DNA from: Perkinsela sp. CCAP 1560/9
Lineage: Eukaryota > Protista > Euglenozoa: Kinetoplastea
Reading direction: 5' to 3'
Assembly: GCA_965644495.1 (NCBI GenBank)
Contig: CBFFSA010000003.1
Coordinates: 186,001 to 250,000, forward strand
DNA length: 64,000 nucleotides
The notes under the pieces were generated by a model that saw only the letters and a program-made list of their open reading frames with translations, was not told the origin of the DNA and did not search any database. A program made the translations under genes and the position numbers. Positions 57,276 to 64,000 of this stretch are shown here, piece after piece (position 1 is the first letter of the stretch; each line of letters opens with the position of its first letter).

Positions 57276-57990
57276 CTGCCCCCCCACTTAAACGCAACCA
57301 GGTTTTGGCCTAAAATTGCGCATAAGTAGCCAGGTCAAAAAAAGGGGTGAAAAAAAATTTTAGCGCCGCGAAGCGGCGCGTGTTTCTATCATGAATTATA
57401 TACACAGGGTACCCTTCGGGGCTGCTTTTTATATACTATCCTCCCCCTAGCAATTCGCCCTCTGCCTTTGCCTTGCTCACTCTTCTTCTTCTATGGTCCT
57501 CAAAAGTCGATATCAAAAGCGATGTCCCATTCTTCTGACACGGGTCGTTGCATGTATAAGAATGATTTATGTGGCGCGATAGTGTCTGAGGTACATGAAT
57601 GGGTTGGAACCGTGGCCATTCCAAAAGCCAAAGTTTCGGATGTATTCCGCGTGAAGTTAGAAGTTTTTATCAAGGGTCGTCAAGGTACCTGCGATAAAGA
57701 CAGCAAGGAAACCTGGAAAACAGGCTTAGCTTCATAAAGGGTGATGAGTATTATATGCCAAGTGTTGAAGATTTTTGTCACGAAGCAGGAATGAGATCCT
57801 GGCCTCTATCTATGCATGCGAATGCATGCAGACTACCTGCAGACTCCCCATTTCAACACCGGCGAAAATCTGTACAAAAATTCGTATCAAAAAAAATCGC
57901 GCCGCTTTGCGGCGCTGTTCTTCTGAACGATGCGTCAAAATTGCGCTTAAGTGGCCGGGTAAACGGTTGCGCATAAGTAGGGGGGGACAG
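57276..57990. mobile_element. Non-autonomous TA-flanked TIR element
   Basis: ctgcccccccacttaaacgcaacc / ggttgcgcataagtagggggggacag; inverted gcgccgcgaagcggcgc hairpins inside both ends. Confidence 0.7.
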
Positions 57991-58319
57991 TACCACAACG
58001 AAAAACCGATTCGTATTTTGTTCTGGCAGGGGGAGTATGTTTGGTCGGTCGGACAAAAAAACTCTCGCTTTTTGAGCTTTTATACCCCCCTGTTTTCCAC
58101 GGTGGGCGATTATACCGAAGAAGAAGAATTATACCTGCCTCTGTATAAAAGGGTACCCCATACATAAAGTCGCGCGCCCGTGTACTGTGTTCCTCTTATA
58201 TTTTCACTGCTTTCAATAATCGATGGTAGAGAGGTAGTTACACAACCACCAATTACTTAAAATCCCCCCTATTTAGAACCCCCCCTCTTTTTTAGAATCT
58301 TCTTTCAAAACAAAGCAAA

Positions 58320-60503
58320 TCAAACTAAACCAATCGTGAGATCAGAGAACGACTTAACTTTGGTCTCATGAAATATGTCACGCAAAACAAGGGATATATG
58401 TGACTGAGGAGGCAGAACACAACTAAGTACGACACTAAAACGATTCGACCGAGTTGTTTTTCTGCTCCTCTCGTCATCGTCATGATGCAACAAATCATGA
58501 ATAATCTTCTTCTGCTTTGGCGATTGGTTAAGGGGAGATGGCTCCCTGCACACTTCATGCAGAAAACTGGACCCATCCTGTGTTTCAGCCAACTCATCGT
58601 ACGTAGAAATTGGCCGTTGTGAAAATTGCTGCCAGCTTCCTCTTTTCGTAGGTTGAGCACTCTGTTGCAACCGGAAAAGATCGGGTTTCAGCATAGATTG
58701 CGAATTTGGATCTCGCAGTAATCGATAGAATATGCGTTTGGGACGTGTAACCAAAAAACGAAAATAGGAATCACCGACACATTTTAGTGAATCATCGTAG
58801 TCGGATGAGTTAGATTGCGACATTGTACATTTTTGAGGAAAGATTTTGCTGCCTCTACGCTCTCCATCGTAGTCATTCATTAACTTTGGAAGAGACTTCT
58901 CACGACCGACTCCAAACACAGGTAATACGAGATCAAAAATTGTGTAGTTGGAGACCTCCTCTTCGGATTCAAGTTTCCGAAACGTCCATGATGAAGGTAG
59001 TTCGACGTTTTTTTCTTTTCCTTTGACGGCCACAATGTCCCCCGGTTGCAAAGACAAGGGACGCCCCCGTGACACTGCTTCCACAATTCGTTCATTAGCC
59101 AACAAGTTCCAGGAATGGGCTTGTAATGCGCAAAAAAATCTTTTCCTCATGGAGAGAGTGATCACTGTGGTATCTAGCAACAGAGAGCGAGCAAATTCGT
59201 TGGTTTCGGGAGTGTCCGGAGTTTGTTCCCTACAAAATAATGAGCTGCGTGCACTGATTTTTGTCAGGATCCCTCGCAAAACTTTGCTGTCAGCGTGCTG
59301 CTGCAAATCATTTATCCAATTTTTTATCCTTTCGCGCAATGAGTGAGTGGAAGCACCAGCACATTGTAGATAGTGATGGTACGATATTGGATGTTGTTCA
59401 CATTCAAGCTGAATGATGCCACGCACTGCTTTGGTCCACTCGGCGGCAAGCCAGTGAGCTGCAATTTCTGAAAGTGACACGGAACCTGCACCAAAATATT
59501 GAACTGGAAAATAGTTAATATACCCATTTTTCTGTAGGGAATTAATTCTACTACATATGTGTTTTTCAATAAACTTAGTTGAATCATCAATGTTGCTGAA
59601 GTACCCTTTCGAGGAAACGTTGCGTACTAATACAGTGTATTGAACATGACCCCTTTCTTTTGCATGGTAAGACGCATATCGTACAGGATTAAGCAAAATC
59701 GGATAAATATTGTGATGGCGAGACGCGTGCGGTAAAAGCTCTTTCGTAACCCCAAAAAGGCTTAGTGTTTGTGTGACGCACGCGTGCTTCTCCCGAGCGA
59801 TTTCATCCGAGGGAATGCTGAACCCTTGTTGCATACGAGTAGGTTTAATAGTATGCGATATGCGCTCCATGACCTCATTCATCGATCGATTTTCCCTATA
59901 ACATTGTAGATGCAATATGGGTGTTAGCGGAGGTAGTTTTCCATTTTCCCAAAAATAGTGACCTAAATGTGTCCACATCATGCGTTTTCGCATGAAGTGC
60001 GTCTCTTGCCTTTGTCGCGAATCAACCGGGGAAAGATCTTCCACCGCCTGTCGCTCTCCTGGATGCACTTTATGCCATCTACCTCTCGGGCGAGCTTCGA
60101 GATGCACTATGCCGTTTTCAAGAACTTCGTTGATCAACGTATCAGTAGGAAACACTTTATATAGACCACAAACCACATGTGAAGGAGAAATGTTGCGTCG
60201 AAGAGCAACAAAGACGTTTGTAGATTGAAGTTTTTTTAGTTGAGGAGTGTGTGACGATAGCGCCAAGGAACTTTCCTCGTTCAATAAAGTACTAAATGTA
60301 ATTGAACTCCTCTGTTTTGTGAACTGGAAGGTGAAGTACAATATTCCGCACGCAGCACTTGAAGACGCAGTTTTTCGCGGCAAAGAAAACACGCACAAAG
60401 GGAGTGTGCCCAAACAAGGGGTGTTTGGGCGGGGTGAGGGCGGTTGTAAGGGAGCGAATGGCGTGGTTGCGGGGTTGGATGGACTGAAAAGCAACGCACT
60501 CAT
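58320..60503 (-). CDS. TruD/PUS7-family pseudouridine synthase-like protein (start uncertain; probably non-catalytic)
   Basis: GLYKVFPTDTLINEV; GYINYFPVQYFG; ALQAHSWN; YTIFDLVLPVFG; LPPQSHISLVLRD. Confidence 0.8.
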   Translation of the reverse strand: MSALLFSPSNPATTPFAPLQPPSPRPNTPCLGTLPLCVFSLPRKTASSSAACGILYFTFQFTKQRSSITFSTLLNEESSLALSSHTPQLKKLQSTNVFVALRRNISPSHVVCGLYKVFPTDTLINEVLENGIVHLEARPRGRWHKVHPGERQAVEDLSPVDSRQRQETHFMRKRMMWTHLGHYFWENGKLPPLTPILHLQCYRENRSMNEVMERISHTIKPTRMQQGFSIPSDEIAREKHACVTQTLSLFGVTKELLPHASRHHNIYPILLNPVRYASYHAKERGHVQYTVLVRNVSSKGYFSNIDDSTKFIEKHICSRINSLQKNGYINYFPVQYFGAGSVSLSEIAAHWLAAEWTKAVRGIIQLECEQHPISYHHYLQCAGASTHSLRERIKNWINDLQQHADSKVLRGILTKISARSSLFCREQTPDTPETNEFARSLLLDTTVITLSMRKRFFCALQAHSWNLLANERIVEAVSRGRPLSLQPGDIVAVKGKEKNVELPSSWTFRKLESEEEVSNYTIFDLVLPVFGVGREKSLPKLMNDYDGERRGSKIFPQKCTMSQSNSSDYDDSLKCVGDSYFRFLVTRPKRIFYRLLRDPNSQSMLKPDLFRLQQSAQPTKRGSWQQFSQRPISTYDELAETQDGSSFLHEVCREPSPLNQSPKQKKIIHDLLHHDDDERSRKTTRSNRFSVVLSCVLPPQSHISLVLRDIFHETKVKSFSDLTIGLV

Positions 60504-61879
60504 GAACAAAAAAGCTCCTTTCTCTCCCAAAAAGTATACCCCCCCAGTAACAAGGATTTAACCCATTTTGATCCAAAATCGATTTTATTACTGGAGGGGT
60601 ATATAACCACCAAATCAAAAAAAAGCTTTTCACACAAAAAAAGCGCGCCGCTTCGCGTCGCGGGGCAGGTTCCAAAAATAAAGTACGCCTCAAAAGGACG
60701 AAACCCCTGCGATCGGTAGAATATGGCAGAATAGTGTCGCATTGGCGGTGGCCCCCCCTCTGATATTCCAGGTTTAACCACGTTAATAAAATTCGTTTAA
60801 AAAGGAAAAAAACAAGGAAATGATAGGAAAGCATAGAAAAAAACCCCTGTAAACGAAAAAAAATCAAAAACGAAGGTAAGATTCAAAAGAGGTGTACTAT
60901 TTTAAAATCACGGTATTACAAAGGCAAATAATTATACGACTCAATGTTATGGCCATTGCTTGAGAATTTTAAAGCCCACTGCTGAAAATGCAGAAACAGT
61001 TTTTGGTTGGCTCTCACTGCCTGTCTAACGTAGCTAAAGAGTTTCTCTTTTTCTCGAAAGTCTGTGTGAACGATGCGGATATCCTCGTTCTGCACTACCG
61101 CCCTACTTCCTACTTTTAGATTGTCCAAGGAAATACCAGCGAAGTGTAATTCCATTAGACAAATGAATTGTCTCCTCCTTGTGGGCTACTTTCCGTTCTT
61201 TTCCCAAAAACAATTTGCTCCAATTCACCGATAAGGTGTTGTATTCCGAAGGAAATGAGTGTCTTCCTCGTGTTCCTTTGCGCGCCTTGTGTCGGTTTCG
61301 GTTCTACGGATCATTAAGAAGGACTCGCACCATACCCTCAAGTAGGTCGTCAAAAAGATGTCTCTTCTTGTTTTCTATGTGCAACATGTGACCAAATTCG
61401 CGTTCCGTGTGTGTTTCGGAAAAGTGAATCCGGTTTAATGCTTGTCTAAACGTATTTTTGAGAAACAGAACTTCGCCAATAGTTCTCCACAACTTGTCGT
61501 TGTGTATCATCAACCATGCGATCAGAAGAAGAAGAAGAAGAACACGGAGGGCTCTGCAGCGCCAACCGTTAGGGTAGAGTCTCAGGTCACCGACCTTCAT
61601 CGTCTTGCTACCCCCTTCCCAGACGGCACTCGACGCCTTGCGGCCCGAGCACGGCTCCCCAACCGTAGCTACCAGGACGGGCGTCCAACCCCGTTGCATC
61701 GTGTAGGCTGTGTCTCGAGCCTTCTTTGCGTAAGCAGCTCGCAATTTAGCGGCTGCGCTGGAGCCTGGTTCAGCTCTGCGGTTCCGGGTCGGTCCTCCAG
61801 GGGAGCGGGGTTGGGTGTGGGCCTTGAAGGCACTCCTGATCGCTTTCCCTTTGTAGTGAGGCCGCCAGGTTGCGTTTAT

Positions 61880-62347
61880 ACTCGTCGTGCCTTTAATGAT
61901 GAAGGAGTGAAGATGTTGTGTTGGCCACCCAAATCCCCAGATTTAAACCCAATAGAAAACATTTGGGGAATAATGGACGAGCATATAAACGCGCTTTGTC
62001 CAACGAATCGTGAAGATTTGAGACGAGCGATCGCTTCTGGGGTCGAAAAATTAAAGGGGGAGCAATACGATGTATTTTTGAGAACTTTAAAGAGTGTTCC
62101 AACGCGTGTGAAAATTTTGTTGGAGAAAAAAGGTGGAAATTGTGGATACTAACTTTTTTTTACCAGAAAAAAAACTTGCAGTTGCCCTATTTACGGTATT
62201 CAGGAGAATGCATATACCTGGAAACTACGTAAAACGTAATATCACATGACACGTAACTCTGCGAGAGCTCTCGAATGCGCTATTATTTTGCAAAATTAGC
62301 CGAGTTATAAGAATTTTGACCCCCCGATATTTTCGTGCACCCCTCTG
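61880..62347 (+). mobile_element. Tc1-like 3' end, related to the 23-kb element
   Basis: WPPKSPDLNPIENIW...GGNCGY; right TIR shares aactctgcgagagctctcgaatgcgctatta. Confidence 0.85.
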
Positions 62348-62540
62348 TATTTTACTAAGAGTACGAAATATTCTTTGTCCACCTTTTGGTTTTTTGAACC
62401 AGTGACGTTTTTGGTCGGCGTGTGTACCGTCAATGAGATGGCAGTCCGAGACCTTTCATAAAGCAAGAGCTTATCATAAAGATACTTTTCTTCAGGAAGT
62501 GAAACGTTCATTTATTTTCGCGCGTCGCCTTTTTCCGATA

Positions 62541-62720
62541 TACCGTAGACCCCCCCAGTAACAAGGATTTGATCATTTCTGGGACGGTCCCCAGTAGCAG
62601 GGGTTTGGCTAGGGAGAGTGGCTCAGGGGGGGAGGGGGGTTTTGGGCGGGGCGAGGGAAGTTGCGCAGGGGCGAATGGCGTAGGTACGGGGTTGTCAATC
62701 AACGCACTCATGAAATACCT
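62541..62720 (+). mobile_element. pogo-type terminal fragment
   Basis: taccgtagacccccccagtaacaagg followed by a GC-rich subterminal segment homologous to ~60420-60505. Confidence 0.65.
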
Positions 62721-63406
62721 GATGTACGAGGGGACAAATTCGTATCTTCTGGCGCTATGTACTATGACTTTACGGAAGTGCATGAGCTCACTCACTTGCA
62801 TGAAAAATGAACCACAGAAAAAGTCTTGATTGCCAAAAAAAATCGGAGTTCGTCACAGCACATTCTTCTTGTCTTTTGTCATTTCTGCGTTTGTTCGACA
62901 TGGGTGATACTGGACGAGGTAAAGAAAAAGCAGGGGGAAAATAAAGGTTTAAATATAGTATTTATGTGATTATAGCACCTTAAAATTGGTATAGAATCTA
63001 TACTAATTTAGTATCTATACTAATTTAGAATCTATACATCTATTAGATGTAGTTTTAAGGATCCCTGGAAAAAGCGAACTCGAACAATATTCAAAAATAT
63101 CATTTTCAACCTACATTTACATGTAGGTTTACATTTACATGTATACTGCATCTTACCCGATAATAGTACAAGATGGTCTGAATAGCCCATATCGTATGTA
63201 GCAGGGACTTTAGCATACGTAATAGCTATAATATACGTACAAAACAATGAGATTAGTAAGTGCCATAGAAAAAGTGGATTCTGATTTAAATAAAAGCCAC
63301 ATGGAGTATCGTCTTTTTATACAAGATCGTACTCTAAAAGTATATTCCATAAATAGAACTATTGAAACTATCATTCGAAACCGGTGCAGAGCATAAATTT
63401 GAGCTT

Positions 63407-64000
63407 TTAGTTCTGCATCGAACTTCTAACAGGCTTGGGTGTATGTGAGCGTGCTCGCACGCGCTGTCTGTGCTCTGGTCCTATGTAGTCCCAGTCTATC
63501 TGTTCTGAAATCGCATGAACCGAACTCTTTCTTCCTGGCGCTTTCTCGTGATGCGATTTCAGACACCGCCTACGTTGGACCCACCTAACAAAAATAGCAA
63601 CCAGTAATGCAGCCAACAAGGAGACACCAATCATAAAACGAGAGAGTTGTGATGAGGTACGAGAGATAGAAAGTATGGTTGCGGTTGTATTCAACGGAGT
63701 GGCTAGAAACGTTTCCTCTTCACCCACATAGAACACTTGTAGCACGAAGTTGTAGTCCCGGTTCTCGAGATCTACACCGGGAAACAGGCGATACGGCAAA
63801 CTGATCGTGTCTCCGGGGCGCACCGTGCGGTTGTACTGCGCACCAGTAAAATTCTGCACAAAAAACGCCGGCTGTCCCACAGCGAGATGCGCCAGGACAT
63901 ATTCCACCCGGTAACTTCCGGCCAACGCGTCCCGTTGGGCCCGGTTAGCGACCGTCACAACCACATCCATCGGAGACCCCGCGGTGAGCTCCACCGAAGA
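63407..64000 (-). CDS. SSR1: Translocon-associated protein alpha (TRAP-alpha/SSR1), 5'-partial
   Basis: FFVQNFT..YNRTVRPG...SLPY, a single TM helix and a C-terminal IDWDYI motif. Confidence 0.75.
   Translation of the reverse strand, partial: SSVELTAGSPMDVVVTVANRAQRDALAGSYRVEYVLAHLAVGQPAFFVQNFTGAQYNRTVRPGDTISLPYRLFPGVDLENRDYNFVLQVFYVGEEETFLATPLNTTATILSISRTSSQLSRFMIGVSLLAALLVAIFVRWVQRRRCLKSHHEKAPGRKSSVHAISEQIDWDYIGPEHRQRVRARSHTPKPVRSSMQN

Noticed and set aside
61304-61885. Possible 5'-truncated retrotransposon 3' end on the minus strand with a (CTT)n tail
   Set aside because: Only a vague RLE-like C-terminus; too weak to call

Overview
Eukaryotic DNA, almost certainly from a kinetoplastid. 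Ten intronless host genes, plus a possible partial one at the left edge, all lie on the minus strand like a polycistronic directional gene cluster. They are a NEK kinase, a basic hypothetical protein, the small subunit of the bi-subunit topoisomerase IB, a PPR+PIN protein, RPS18, RPL21, an REH2-like RNA-editing helicase, MCM2, a TruD-like protein and TRAP-alpha. The cluster is split by a ~36-kb nest of mobile DNA (about 9.4-45.6 kb), with smaller nests at 55.7-58.3 and 60.4-63.3 kb. The nests hold Tc1/IS630-like, pogo, hAT-like, Merlin, MITE, CRE-like and HERO-like elements. Highlights: (1) IS30-family elements, normally prokaryotic, including an intact copy with inverted repeats and a 3-bp target duplication that shows transposition in this genome; (2) a CRE-like retrotransposon that starts with a spliced-leader relic and encodes an Ataxin-2/PBP1-like LsmAD domain ahead of its zinc fingers, RT and endonuclease; (3) three tandem U18-like C/D snoRNAs; (4) a long-TIR element built from palindromic, CRISPR-like repeats that carries an orphan Cys-rich ORF; (5) a TruD-like gene whose only upstream ATG lies in transposon-derived sequence. 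All calls come from motif recognition by eye; no database searches were run.
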